64,000 bases of DNA. Source: Vulcanimicrobiota bacterium (GTDB lineage: Bacteria; Vulcanimicrobiota; Vulcanimicrobiia; Vulcanimicrobiales; Vulcanimicrobiaceae). Location: contig PLCF01000085.1 of the NCBI GenBank assembly GCA_003135555.1, forward strand, positions 1 to 64,000, read 5' to 3'. Made by a program: the position numbers and the translations under genes. Shown piece after piece: positions 1 to 9,169 of the stretch; position 1 is the first letter of the stretch; every line of letters begins with the position of its first letter. The notes below the pieces were generated by a model, which was given only the letters and a program-made list of their open reading frames with translations, was not told where the DNA came from and did not search any database.

Positions 1-982
1 TGCGCGGCGACCGCATCGAGTACGCCGCGAACGACGACTACTTCTTGGGCCGCCCGAAGCTGCGCAAGATCGTGGTCCATCTCGTCCCCGACGAGAACAC
101 CATCGCCAGCCAAGTCCGCGCGCGCGAGGTCGACTGGTTCTCGGCCGCGACCCCGCGCATGTATCCTCAGCTCACCTCCGTCGACGGCATCGACGTGCGG
201 CTCGTTCCGATGAATGCCAACGACGCGATCATCTTCAACACCGAGCACCCGCCGTTCGGGATCCCGGCGTGCGCCGAGCGATCGGGTTGGCGATCGACAA
301 GCCGCTGCTGGTGCGCGAGGCCACGTTCGGCACCACCGTTGCCGCGACCGAGGATCTCCCCTCGTTCATGTGGGCCTTCGATCCGCAAGCTGGTACGGCG
401 GCGCGCGATCTGCCGCAAGCCAACGCGTTGCTCGACAGGGCGGGCTGGAAGCGCGGTGCCGACGGCGTGCGAACCAAGAACGGAAAGCGCCTCACCATGG
501 GGCTCGCGTTTCGCAGCGATAGCTTCACCGACCGCAATCGCGGCGTCCTGATCGCATCGATGCTCAAAGACGCCGGCGTCGAGACCGAGCTCAAAGGCTA
601 CGCGACCTCGCTCTTGTACGGGCCGCCCCACGCGGGGATCCTGGCCGACGGTAAGTTCGACGCCGGATTGCAGACCTGGTACGCGGGCAGCGACCCCGAC
701 AATTCGACCCAGCTGACCTGCGATCAAGTCGCACCGAAGGGCTTCAACTGGTCGCGCTACTGCAATCCGGCGATGGACGCCGCGCAGCACGCAGCACTCT
801 CGCACTACGACCGGCCGACGCGCAAGCGGGCCTACGCCGTCATCGAAGAGCTGCTGGCGCACGACGCACCCTTCGTGTACCTGTGGTGGCCGCGCCAAAT
901 CGAAGCCGTCAACACCGACCTCAAGTCATTCCACCCCAACGGCATCATCGAAAACTGGAACGCCTGGCAATGGTCGATCTAA
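1..982 (+). pseudogene. Peptide/nickel ABC transporter substrate-binding protein (family 5), 5'-truncated by the window edge, with a 1-bp frameshift at ~258-260
   Basis: Frame 3 reads RGDRIEYAANDDYFLGRPKL...FNTEHPPFG and frame 2 continues DPGVRRAIGLAIDK...NWSRYCNPAMD...WNAWQWSI; both halves are SBP_bac_5-like. May be a sequencing error in a G run. Confidence 0.8.
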
Positions 983-987
983 GTGCC

Positions 988-1047
988 TTTTTGTCATGCT
1001 GAGTCGTCCTGAGCTCCGCCGAAGGACGAAGCATGGGCCACGATCGT
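988..1047. repeat. REP-like nested-hairpin repeat, copy 1
   Basis: TTTTTGTCATGCTGAGTCGTCCTGAGCTCCGCCGAAGGACGAAGCATGGGCCACGATCGT; 59/60 identical to 1533-1592; stems CATGCT/AGCATG and GTCCT/AGGAC. Confidence 0.9.
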
Positions 1048-1077
1048 TACGTGCGCAAGCGTGACACCGAGACGCTA

Positions 1078-1497
1078 ATGGACGAACAGGTACGTAGGGT
1101 TTTCGGTCAGGCGCTCATCGATGTGCTCACGAAGTACCGCTTCCGCCGTATCGGTGGCATCGACGAAGGCTGGTTCACGCGCGACTATGTGAATCGCGAC
1201 TTCGGCATCCACCTCGTCTACCATCTCAACGACAGGGAAGTCTCCATCATGTGTCTGGACCGACTGCTCACTACTCATTCTATCTCGAGTGTCGGCGCAT
1301 ATTTCAGCGGAGAGGAACCGAGTGTGCTCGAGCCGGCCGATCAAGCACGCTTCATCGATCAGCACTACAAGCGTATTGCGCGGATGCTCCGCAGGCGGGA
1401 CGGTGGCGCCGATCTGAGAGGTCTTCACGAATCGAATCGCAGCCGGATGCTGGCGAGATTTGGCATCCAACTGCCCGAGAACCCGCCCGATCTATGA
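1078..1497 (+). CDS. Hypothetical protein between two direct repeats
   Basis: ORF 1033-1497; the upstream ATG lies inside the repeat, so ATG 1078 is preferred; no family recognised. Confidence 0.55.
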   Translation: MDEQVRRVFGQALIDVLTKYRFRRIGGIDEGWFTRDYVNRDFGIHLVYHLNDREVSIMCLDRLLTTHSISSVGAYFSGEEPSVLEPADQARFIDQHYKRIARMLRRRDGGADLRGLHESNRSRMLARFGIQLPENPPDL

Positions 1498-1532
1498 ACG
1501 CTTGTAAGGTCCTCCTTAACCGCCCTGCCGTG

Positions 1533-1592
1533 TTTTTGTCATGCTGAGCCGTCCTGAGCTCCGCCGAAGGACGAAGCATGGGCCACGATCGT
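1533..1592. repeat. REP-like nested-hairpin repeat, copy 2
   Basis: Direct repeat of 988-1047 with one mismatch. Confidence 0.9.
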
Positions 1593-1600
1593 GCACGACG

Positions 1601-2176
1601 TCAGGGGCGTCGTAGCGGTTTGATCGGGCGAGCTTCGTGCGAGTCTTCGATCAGGGTGGTGAGGCGTCTGCGGCGTGTTTCTTCCTTTACGGCGTTGGTG
1701 ACCCAGGCGATCGCGGCGCGCCGGTACGACGGGATCTGCGCTTCGAAATAGGCCCAGGCCGTTGCATCGGCGCGAAACGCGCGCTCCGCCGCCTCGTCGA
1801 GTCGCGCCGCTTTGCTCAACTGCTCGTACGAGTATCCGCTGCGCTTGTCGTCGCGCCGCTCGTACGCGCGTCGCCCAGCCGCCCGCATCCTCCGCAGCCG
1901 GATGAGCTCCTTCGCACGCGCCAGATTGACGGCGCTCCACGTGCTGCGCGCGATGCGCGGCGTGAAGCGCTGCATGTACCGGTCGGCATCGACCGAACGG
2001 CGGACACCATCGATCCAGCCGAAACACAGAGCCTCGTCCACCGCCTCACGCCAGGTGATGCTCGGCTTGCCCGACGCCTTCTTGTGGAACCCGACCCACA
2101 GCTCGGTACTCGTCGCGCCGTGCTCCGCGAGCCACGCGCGGAATGCGGCCGGCGTCGCAAAGAACCGCGGCTTCAC
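1601..2176 (-). CDS. YdeI/OmpD-associated family protein
   Basis: FRAWLAEH...ELWVGFHKK...EAVDEALCFGWIDG...FTPR...WSAVN, C-terminal KEETRRRRL. Confidence 0.9.
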   Translation of the reverse strand: MKPRFFATPAAFRAWLAEHGATSTELWVGFHKKASGKPSITWREAVDEALCFGWIDGVRRSVDADRYMQRFTPRIARSTWSAVNLARAKELIRLRRMRAAGRRAYERRDDKRSGYSYEQLSKAARLDEAAERAFRADATAWAYFEAQIPSYRRAAIAWVTNAVKEETRRRRLTTLIEDSHEARPIKPLRRP

Positions 2177-2180
2177 GCGA

Positions 2181-2227
2181 TGTCACCCTGACGCATGTCA
2201 CGCTTCGCGTGAGCTTGTCGAAGGGTG
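2181..2227. repeat. Divergent third REP-like copy overlapping the 3' end of the DUF1028 gene
   Basis: TGTCACCCTGA-[21-nt insert with TCACGC/GCGTGA hairpin]-GCTTGTCGAAGGGTG; CACCCT/AGGGTG stem. Confidence 0.65.
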
Positions 2228-3076
2228 GTTGCGCAGGTAGTTCAGCGTTTGGCGGTCGACGGTGCCATCGCTGCGGACGCGGTTCTCGAGGTTCTCGACG
2301 TGCATGAACGCGACGAGTGCGGCGCGGGCCTCGTCGTCGAACGGGCCTTCGTCGTGGCGCGCGAGCGCGCGCACGCGGACCAGTTGCCCGACGATCTCGC
2401 GGCCCAGCGCGTCGTCGATCGTCAGCACGTCCTGCGGCGCGGCCGGGAAGTGGTAGAGCTTGTGCAGCTCCAGCAGGCGCGACAACTCGGCGATCGGCGT
2501 GGCGTGATCGTCGACGCGCAGGTCGACATAGCGGTCGTTGAAGCCGCCGTAGCCGCCGCCGGGCTTGCAGACGACCAGCGCGGCGCTTTGCTGTCCGCGC
2601 TTGTCGCCGCCTTCGCGCTGACCCGCGGCGAGCGCCGTCAGCAGCCGGTCGGCCAGCGTTCCCGACGCGCCGCGAAAGGCCGACGCCATCGCGTCGACCA
2701 CCCCGGGCCACGCCAGGCAGTTCCCTTGGACCGCGAAGCCGTCGCCGGCGATCCCGCCGGCCCACGCGATGCAGCGGGCGCCGGTGAACGTCGCCGCGCG
2801 GCCGTCCGGCGCGACGATGCCGAACTGCCGGTCGTCGGCGCCGTCGTCGCCGGCGATCAGCCGCTGCGCGACCTGCTCGGGCGGCTCTCCGAGCTCCAGC
2901 AACTCCAGCGCGCGCGGGCCGAACGAGGTGTTGGCCCAGGCCTGCGTCGCGATCGCCCCGGCGCGGCTCGCGACCCACGGCACCACCGCGCCGACGGCGA
3001 GAAACTTGGACTGCACCGCGATCCCGATCTCGCTCTGCGCGGGATCGGCGGCCACGACCGAAAACGTCGACAGCAC
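2198..3076 (-). CDS. DUF1028 family (Ntn-hydrolase-like) protein with putative C-terminal peptidoglycan-binding domain
   Basis: TFSVVAADP...GIAVQSKFLAVGAVVPW...ATQA...GGDKRGQQSAAL...DLRVDDH. Confidence 0.9.
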   Translation of the reverse strand: MLSTFSVVAADPAQSEIGIAVQSKFLAVGAVVPWVASRAGAIATQAWANTSFGPRALELLELGEPPEQVAQRLIAGDDGADDRQFGIVAPDGRAATFTGARCIAWAGGIAGDGFAVQGNCLAWPGVVDAMASAFRGASGTLADRLLTALAAGQREGGDKRGQQSAALVVCKPGGGYGGFNDRYVDLRVDDHATPIAELSRLLELHKLYHFPAAPQDVLTIDDALGREIVGQLVRVRALARHDEGPFDDEARAALVAFMHVENLENRVRSDGTVDRQTLNYLRNHPSTSSREA

Positions 3077-3077
3077 G

Positions 3078-4412
3078 TCAGGTCTCGCGCGGGCTGACCA
3101 CGGCGCGCATGCCGTCGCGCGGCACGGGTGGGACGAGCGCCCAGTTCGGCGCGAGGTCTTGCGGCGGCAACACCCAGCGGTAACCGCGCACGAGCCGCGC
3201 GGTGAACAGGGCCATGAAAACGGTCGTGAGGTCGAAGCCTGGACAGCGGTGTCCGTCCGGCGGGCCGGCGCCCTGCGGCGTGTAGGCGTAGGCGTGCGCG
3301 CGCTGCTCGGCGCGCGCGCCGAAACGGTCCGGATCGAATCGTTCGGGGTCGCTGAACGTCGCTGCTTCGCGGTCGTTCGACCACACCGCGGCCGCGACGC
3401 CCCACCCGGCGGGGATGGTGAAGCCGTCGACGACGAACGCGCTACGAGCTTTGCCGAACACGATCGGCACGATCGGCGTCAGCCGGCGAACCTCGTCGAC
3501 CACCTGCATCAGGTACGCGTTGCCGACCAGCTCGGCGGCCGTGGGCGTGTCGGAGAGCGTCGTCGCCGCGGCGGCGACACGGTCGCGCACGTCGGCGTGC
3601 TCGGTCAAGAAGACGATCGTCGCGGCAAGCTGCGCGAAGACGACGAAGCCGGCCAAGAACAGGTGGTTCAGCTCGCCCGGCGCGTCAGCGTCCGCGATCG
3701 TGGTGCCGTCGTCGGCGCGCGCGGCGAGGAGCCGTGCGAGACCGTCGTCGTACGAGCGTTCGCGATGCGTGAGCACCAGGCCGCGATAGAATTCCAACGC
3801 CTCGTTCTTGGCGCGAATGCCGTTCGTGTAGGGCGTGCCGGGTAACGGGATGGGCAGCGCGGTGAACGCGGCGGCGATGCGCTCGCAGCGTCCCACCAGC
3901 GCGACGAGGTCTGGGCCCGGCTCGATGCTCGCGAGAACCGCGCCCAGCGTCTCGATCGCGAGCCGCTTGAGCTCGTCGTTCCAACCGATCTCGCTCGCGC
4001 TTGTCCAGCGCGCGAACGCCGCATCGACGAAGCGCGTCATCGTCGGCACGTACGCCTCGATCGCCTCGCGCGAGAGCGTCGCGCTCACCGAGAGCCGGCG
4101 TTGCGCGTGCGCCGCGCCGTCGAGGTTGTTGATGACGCCGCTGCCGCCGAAGAGCGATTGCACGTGCGGCGGATTGGCGCCGTCGCGCACGATGTTCGCC
4201 GGATCGTAGAACGCCTCGAGCGGCTCGGGCCCGACGAGGACCGCGGTCTTGCGCCCCAGCAGGCTGGTGCGAAAGACGCGACCGTACCGCGCCCGCCGTT
4301 CCTGGACGAAAGCGAACGGGTCTTTAACGAACGCGAGCGTTTCGCCCAGAACGGGAAGGCCGGTACTACCAGGCGGGAGGGGAGCATTGGGCCGCGGGGC
4401 GAGGGTCGCCAT
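3078..4412 (-). CDS. Cytochrome P450 with atypical I-helix and extended heme loop
   Basis: LPPGSTGLPVLGET N-terminus, EVRR (ExxR), FDPDRF, PQGAGPPDGHRCPG heme Cys. Confidence 0.93.
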   Translation of the reverse strand: MATLAPRPNAPLPPGSTGLPVLGETLAFVKDPFAFVQERRARYGRVFRTSLLGRKTAVLVGPEPLEAFYDPANIVRDGANPPHVQSLFGGSGVINNLDGAAHAQRRLSVSATLSREAIEAYVPTMTRFVDAAFARWTSASEIGWNDELKRLAIETLGAVLASIEPGPDLVALVGRCERIAAAFTALPIPLPGTPYTNGIRAKNEALEFYRGLVLTHRERSYDDGLARLLAARADDGTTIADADAPGELNHLFLAGFVVFAQLAATIVFLTEHADVRDRVAAAATTLSDTPTAAELVGNAYLMQVVDEVRRLTPIVPIVFGKARSAFVVDGFTIPAGWGVAAAVWSNDREAATFSDPERFDPDRFGARAEQRAHAYAYTPQGAGPPDGHRCPGFDLTTVFMALFTARLVRGYRWVLPPQDLAPNWALVPPVPRDGMRAVVSPRET

Positions 4413-4566
4413 GGCGTCGGATTTTCCGCTCCCCCCGGTCTGCCCTCGACGGGGCGCAGGTCTCGCCGATTGTGCCGGGAAGCAAAGCTAGCGTGTCGCA
4501 CCTGAACCGGCTTCGCCCGCGGCCCGATGGCGAAGTGGTGGAACCCCGCCTCGGTAGGAGCGGTTC

Positions 4567-4809
4567 ATGGAGATGGGAAGCGAGGAAGCGATGGAACAGG
4601 ATCAGAGCGTAGTGACGCGGTCGGAAGACGCGGACCGCACGGCCGCCGCGTCGGACGAGGCCGTCTCGGACCTCCTTGCTTTCTCGGGCGAGTACATCAA
4701 GCGCCAGAAGGCTGCCAAGGTGCAGCTTTCGCCCGACCTGACCGAGTCGAGCCCCGGCGTCATCCTGTCACGGGCATTCGCCGGCGCCGCGAAGATACAG
4801 CGGCTCTGA
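4567..4809 (+). CDS. Small hypothetical protein
   Basis: 80-aa ORF with GGAG upstream and genome-like codon usage. Confidence 0.55.
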   Translation: MEMGSEEAMEQDQSVVTRSEDADRTAAASDEAVSDLLAFSGEYIKRQKAAKVQLSPDLTESSPGVILSRAFAGAAKIQRL

Positions 4810-4835
4810 ACCTTCGCCCGTCGGCGGCTCCGACC

Positions 4836-6365
4836 TCAGCGCGGTGCGACACCGGCCTCTCGCCAGACGAGCGCGATGAGCGCAGCTAGTGCTTGCGCGA
4901 TCTCTTCAGCGGTCGGAACGAACTCCGAGCGCTCTTGTTTGTCGATCGTGAGCAGGCCGAGCGGCCGTCCCCGTTCTTGAAGGTAGATGGGGACGCACAT
5001 GACGGCGCCGAACTTCGGCGCTCCGCCGATCTCGACGAAGCCCGGGACCGATCTCGCGTCGGCGATATTCCACAACCGTCCCTCGAGAAAGGCCTGCCCC
5101 GCGAGGCCCTCACCGGGGCGGAACGCCTTCGTCCTCGTCACCTCGTCCGTGATCTCGTTGGAATGGAAGAACCGAAGCAGGTTGGCCTTAGCGTCGAAGA
5201 GCCACACCGCCAGGCGGACATTCTCCGGAATGGGCTGGACGAGCTCCGCGTCCGTGGGTTTGACGACGGTCGCTCCCAGCCACAGGCGTGCTTCACCGAG
5301 ACGGTCGCGCACAAAGTTGTACACGAGCACCTTGCGAGCATCGGGGTCCGCCGCCGGCGCATAGAGGGCGTAGAAGATCGCCAGTCCCTGAGTCCAGTTC
5401 TGCATCAGATATGCCAGGTTCTCTGCGGTTTCCGTCAGCAGCGCCGTCGAGTTTTTCGTCTCGACACTGAGCTCGAGCTCGGCGTTGAAGATCTTCAGTT
5501 TGAGAATCCGCGGCAAGAAGAAGGCGACGATGAACAGTAGGAGCCAGGCTTGGGTCAGGCCGTCGGCGACCGGATACTGCTCGTCCTTCTTCAGCGCGAC
5601 GGGGAACGCTCGCAACGTTGCGCCCACGATGCCGAGCCACCCGAGCAGGATCTGAACCACGATCACGCGTTTGAGCCCGCGTCGCCACAAGTACCGGATC
5701 ACCCATCCGAAGGCGACGGCCTCTGCGACGAGCAGCGACAGTAAGAGGAGCCAACGCCGTGAAATTTGCCACCAAGCATTGGCGCCCGCGCAACACGGCG
5801 GCGGGGACGGTGAAGGCGATGCCACCGCTCGGTTCACGGTCACGTCGACGATCACGGTGCCGTTGATCTCGGTCCAACTCACGGTCGCACCGAGCTGTTC
5901 GGCGACGGCACGCAGCGGGACGACGACGTAGCCGCGGAACACTTCGGGCGGTACGCTGAGCGAGACTTTCTTGCCATCGAAGATCGCGCGGCGCTTGTCG
6001 ACGGTCAGCAAGAGCCGGTGTCCGCGTCCGGCGATCGTGATCGTGCGTGCATGAGGATCGTAACGAGCCGTCGCGGAGAGGTAGCTCAGCATGGTTCGCA
6101 TCGGCGACAGGACCTCGCCGCCGCGGACCAGGGGAGCCAAGACGCGGTAGCCCTTCACGTACACCGGCGAGCCCGGAACCTCCGAGCCCATGAAGACGAT
6201 GGTGACGCTGGGCGGGTTGCTCGGTGCTGCGACGGCGCCGGCCGGCGCAAGAAATGCCAGGAGCAGCCAAAGCGGCAGCGCCAGGAGCCGAGACCGACCC
6301 TCCACCTCACGCATCCTGACGCCGGGTCTTCGGTGGCTCGAGGAGCTTACCTTGGTGGGCGCCAC
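4836..6365 (-). CDS. Membrane protein: copper-amine-oxidase N-terminal (stalk) domain + TM helices + C-terminal GAF domain; start uncertain
   Basis: VVVPLRAVAEQLGATVSW stalk motif; hydrophobic stretches; GEGLAGQAF...VMCVPI...LGLLTID GAF motif. Confidence 0.8.
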   Translation of the reverse strand: MAPTKVSSSSHRRPGVRMREVEGRSRLLALPLWLLLAFLAPAGAVAAPSNPPSVTIVFMGSEVPGSPVYVKGYRVLAPLVRGGEVLSPMRTMLSYLSATARYDPHARTITIAGRGHRLLLTVDKRRAIFDGKKVSLSVPPEVFRGYVVVPLRAVAEQLGATVSWTEINGTVIVDVTVNRAVASPSPSPPPCCAGANAWWQISRRWLLLLSLLVAEAVAFGWVIRYLWRRGLKRVIVVQILLGWLGIVGATLRAFPVALKKDEQYPVADGLTQAWLLLFIVAFFLPRILKLKIFNAELELSVETKNSTALLTETAENLAYLMQNWTQGLAIFYALYAPAADPDARKVLVYNFVRDRLGEARLWLGATVVKPTDAELVQPIPENVRLAVWLFDAKANLLRFFHSNEITDEVTRTKAFRPGEGLAGQAFLEGRLWNIADARSVPGFVEIGGAPKFGAVMCVPIYLQERGRPLGLLTIDKQERSEFVPTAEEIAQALAALIALVWREAGVAPR

Positions 6366-6394
6366 AATCGTGCCGATACTTTGGAATCGAAATA

Positions 6395-6423
6395 TTGACG
6401 TGGCCCGCTTCGGACGCTATCGT
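6395..6423 (+). promoter_or_regulatory. Sigma70-type promoter of the catabolic operon
   Basis: TTGACG(6395-6400)-N17-TATCGT(6418-6423); AT-rich imperfect palindrome ATACTTTGGAATCGAAATAT (6376-6395) abuts the -35; RBS AAGGAGG at 6443-6449. Confidence 0.6.
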
Positions 6424-6454
6424 TGCCCTACCGCCGCAAGGCAAGGAGGGCAGC

Positions 6455-7876
6455 CTGGCCGCCACGCGGGTGCTCCCGTCGCTCCGCCCCGCTGATTTTC
6501 GTGGCTTTCGTCTCGACGTCGCCGCGCGCGGGATCGTGCGTGAGTACAACCGCGGCCTGAGGCCGCACGGGCTCAGCTACGTCCCCTACTTCGTACTCTT
6601 GCTGCTTGCTGCCGACGAAGGCGGGCTGCGGCCGTCGGACATCGCCGGTGATCTGCGGCTCGACGGCTCGTCGCTGTCCGGTCACCTCGACAAGCTCGAA
6701 GCGGCCGACCTCGTCGAGCGGCGCCCGGACGCCGACGACCGGCGCGTCATCCGGGTCCACGCCACCACTGCCGGCCGCCGGCTGACCGAAGAGCTCGAGC
6801 CGATCGGCCGCGCGTTGAGCGCCGTCGAGGCCGATCTCGCGCCCGAGGCGCTGGCCCGGGTCGAACGCGCCGTCCTGACGCCAGCCGCGTCGGTCGCGGC
6901 GCCGCGCACCGCGTCGCTGCGCCCCCGAGCGGGGCTGGTGACGACGCTGCGCGCCGCGACGCTGACCGTGGCGAACTCGGTCGTCGGACGGACGCTGCGG
7001 CGCTTCGCCGCGCTCGTCGACGAGCGCAGCAGCGGAGCGATCCGTGTCGAGGTCCACCTGCCGTCAGCAGCGCCGGGCGGCGAGCTGCAGACGCTGGTGG
7101 ACCTGCGCAGCGGCGACGTGGCGATCGCCTCGATTACCGCCTCGGTGGTGGGCAATCTCATTCCCGACGCGCAGCTCATCGAGCTACCGTACCTGCTCGA
7201 CTCGTTCGCCCACGCGCGCGCTTTCGACGACGGTGCTTTCGCGCAGAAAACGCTCGCCGACGGGCTCGCCTTCGGGCTCGCCAGTCTGGGCATCATCGAA
7301 AACGGCTTCCGGTCGCTCACCACGCGCGATACGGCGGTGCGCGATCCCGCACAGCTCGCCGGCGTGCGGCTGCGCGTGCAGCAATCGCCGATCAACGTGC
7401 ACCTCGCCGAAGCTTTCGGCGCTGTGGCAGTCCCGCTGCCGTTTCCGCGCTTGGCCGAAGCGTTGCGGGCCGGCGAGATCGACGCGCAGGAAAACTCGCT
7501 CGCCAACATTGCCGGTTTGGCGCTGTGGAGCTCGCAACGTTATCTCATCGAGACGCGGCACGCGCTCTCGGCGCACATGCTCTTCGCCAACTCGGAGATT
7601 CTGGCGGCGCTGGGCTCGGGCGCTGCGATCGTGCGTGATGCGATGCACGACGCGATCGCCGAGCAGCGCCGCGCCGCCGAGCGTCTCGAACATCGGCTGC
7701 GCGAGGAGCTCGCGCGCCACATGACCCTCATCACGCTCGACGACGCGGCCCGCGACCGCTTCGTCGCAGCGACGCGTCTGGTGCACGAGCGGGTGGCGCG
7801 TGCCCTCGGAGACGACGCGCTCGCGCGCGTCCTCGCCGCCGCGGTCGCGGCCAGCCCCGCAACACCATTCGAGTGA
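6455..7876 (+). CDS. MarR-family HTH fused to a TRAP DctP-type solute-binding domain
   Basis: N-terminal LRPSDIAGDLRLDGSSLSGHLDKLEAADLVERRPDADDRR; C-terminal LIELPYL...ENGFR...LAGVRLRVQQS...IDAQEN; start CTG 6455 or GTG 6470 after the RBS. Confidence 0.88.
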   Translation: MAATRVLPSLRPADFRGFRLDVAARGIVREYNRGLRPHGLSYVPYFVLLLLAADEGGLRPSDIAGDLRLDGSSLSGHLDKLEAADLVERRPDADDRRVIRVHATTAGRRLTEELEPIGRALSAVEADLAPEALARVERAVLTPAASVAAPRTASLRPRAGLVTTLRAATLTVANSVVGRTLRRFAALVDERSSGAIRVEVHLPSAAPGGELQTLVDLRSGDVAIASITASVVGNLIPDAQLIELPYLLDSFAHARAFDDGAFAQKTLADGLAFGLASLGIIENGFRSLTTRDTAVRDPAQLAGVRLRVQQSPINVHLAEAFGAVAVPLPFPRLAEALRAGEIDAQENSLANIAGLALWSSQRYLIETRHALSAHMLFANSEILAALGSGAAIVRDAMHDAIAEQRRAAERLEHRLREELARHMTLITLDDAARDRFVAATRLVHERVARALGDDALARVLAAAVAASPATPFE

Positions 7877-7887
7877 AGGAGATCCGC

Positions 7888-9159
7888 ATGCATGCCCGTC
7901 GACTCAGCGCGTTCCTTGTCGCCGCGTTCGCGCTTACCGCATTGGGTGGCGCGGGCACGACGCGCGCCGCCGATCCGCCCGAGATCGTGATCGGCTCGAT
8001 TTTGCCGCTCACCGGCCCGTTGGCGCAGACCGGTGCGGGCCTTCGAGCCGCGCAAGAGCTCGCGCGGGACCTCGTCAACGGTCACGTCAGCTATCCGCTG
8101 CCGATGGTTGGGAGGAGCGGCCTGCCGCATCTCGGGCACGCGCGGATCAAGCTGGTGTTCGCGGATTCCCAAGCCAAGCCCGATCAGGCCCGCGCCGCGG
8201 CCGAGCAGCTCATCACGCAAGACCACGTGGTCGCGCTGATCGGAACCTACGCGTCGTCGACGACCGCGACGGCCTCGCAGGTCGCCGAGCGCTACGGTAT
8301 CCCGTTCCTCAACCCCGACTCGACGGCGCCCGGTCTGACCGCGCGCGGCCTGAAGTGGTTCTTCCGCGCGACGCCCAACGACGCGACCTTCGCCGACAAC
8401 TTCTACCAGTTCTTTGCGGAGTTGAAGAAGACCAAGAAGATCGATGTCAAGCGCGTCGCGATCGTCGGTGAGGACGGCTTGTTCGGGTCCGGTGCCGGCG
8501 ACGCCGAGGAGCAGATCGGCAAGAAGCTGGGCTACGACATCGTGACGCGTGTTGCGTATTCGGCGACGACGACCGAGGTGAACGCCGAGGTGCAGAAGGT
8601 CAAAGCGGCCTCGCCGGACGTCATCATCATCGCATCGTACCTGCCCGATTCGCTGCTCTACATGCGCGGGTTCAAGGAGCAAGGCGTGGCGCCCAAGGCG
8701 ATCCTCGCTCAAGACGCGGGCTTCATCGATCCGGGCTTCGTCCGGACGCTGGGTGCCGACGCCGAGGGCGTATTTACGCGCGAGGTCTTCTCGCTGTCGA
8801 TCAAGCACCGCAATCAATCGGTGCCGCTCGTCGACCAGCTCTTCCGCCAGCGCTTCGGCGACAAGCCGCTCGACGGGAACACCGCGCGCAGCATCATGGG
8901 CGTGCTGATCCTCGCCGACGCCCTCGACCGCGCCGGCTCGACCAAACCCGACGCGATCCGCACGGCGCTTCAGAAGACCAACATCCCCGGCAAGCTCACC
9001 CTGATGCCGTGGAACCGCGTGCACTTCGACGCCACCGGCCAGAACGACGGCGGCGCCGGCATCATCGAACAGGTCCAGGACGGCAAGTACGAGACGGTCT
9101 GGCCGTCCGACGTGGCCGTGCGCGCGCCGATCTGGCCGATGCCGGCATGGAAACGCTAG
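7888..9159 (+). CDS. Branched-chain-amino-acid-type ABC transporter substrate-binding protein
   Basis: Signal peptide, IVIGSILPLTGPLA, LIGTYASS; RBS AAGGAG. Confidence 0.92.
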   Translation: MHARRLSAFLVAAFALTALGGAGTTRAADPPEIVIGSILPLTGPLAQTGAGLRAAQELARDLVNGHVSYPLPMVGRSGLPHLGHARIKLVFADSQAKPDQARAAAEQLITQDHVVALIGTYASSTTATASQVAERYGIPFLNPDSTAPGLTARGLKWFFRATPNDATFADNFYQFFAELKKTKKIDVKRVAIVGEDGLFGSGAGDAEEQIGKKLGYDIVTRVAYSATTTEVNAEVQKVKAASPDVIIIASYLPDSLLYMRGFKEQGVAPKAILAQDAGFIDPGFVRTLGADAEGVFTREVFSLSIKHRNQSVPLVDQLFRQRFGDKPLDGNTARSIMGVLILADALDRAGSTKPDAIRTALQKTNIPGKLTLMPWNRVHFDATGQNDGGAGIIEQVQDGKYETVWPSDVAVRAPIWPMPAWKR

Positions 9160-9169
9160 CCCGCGGCAC

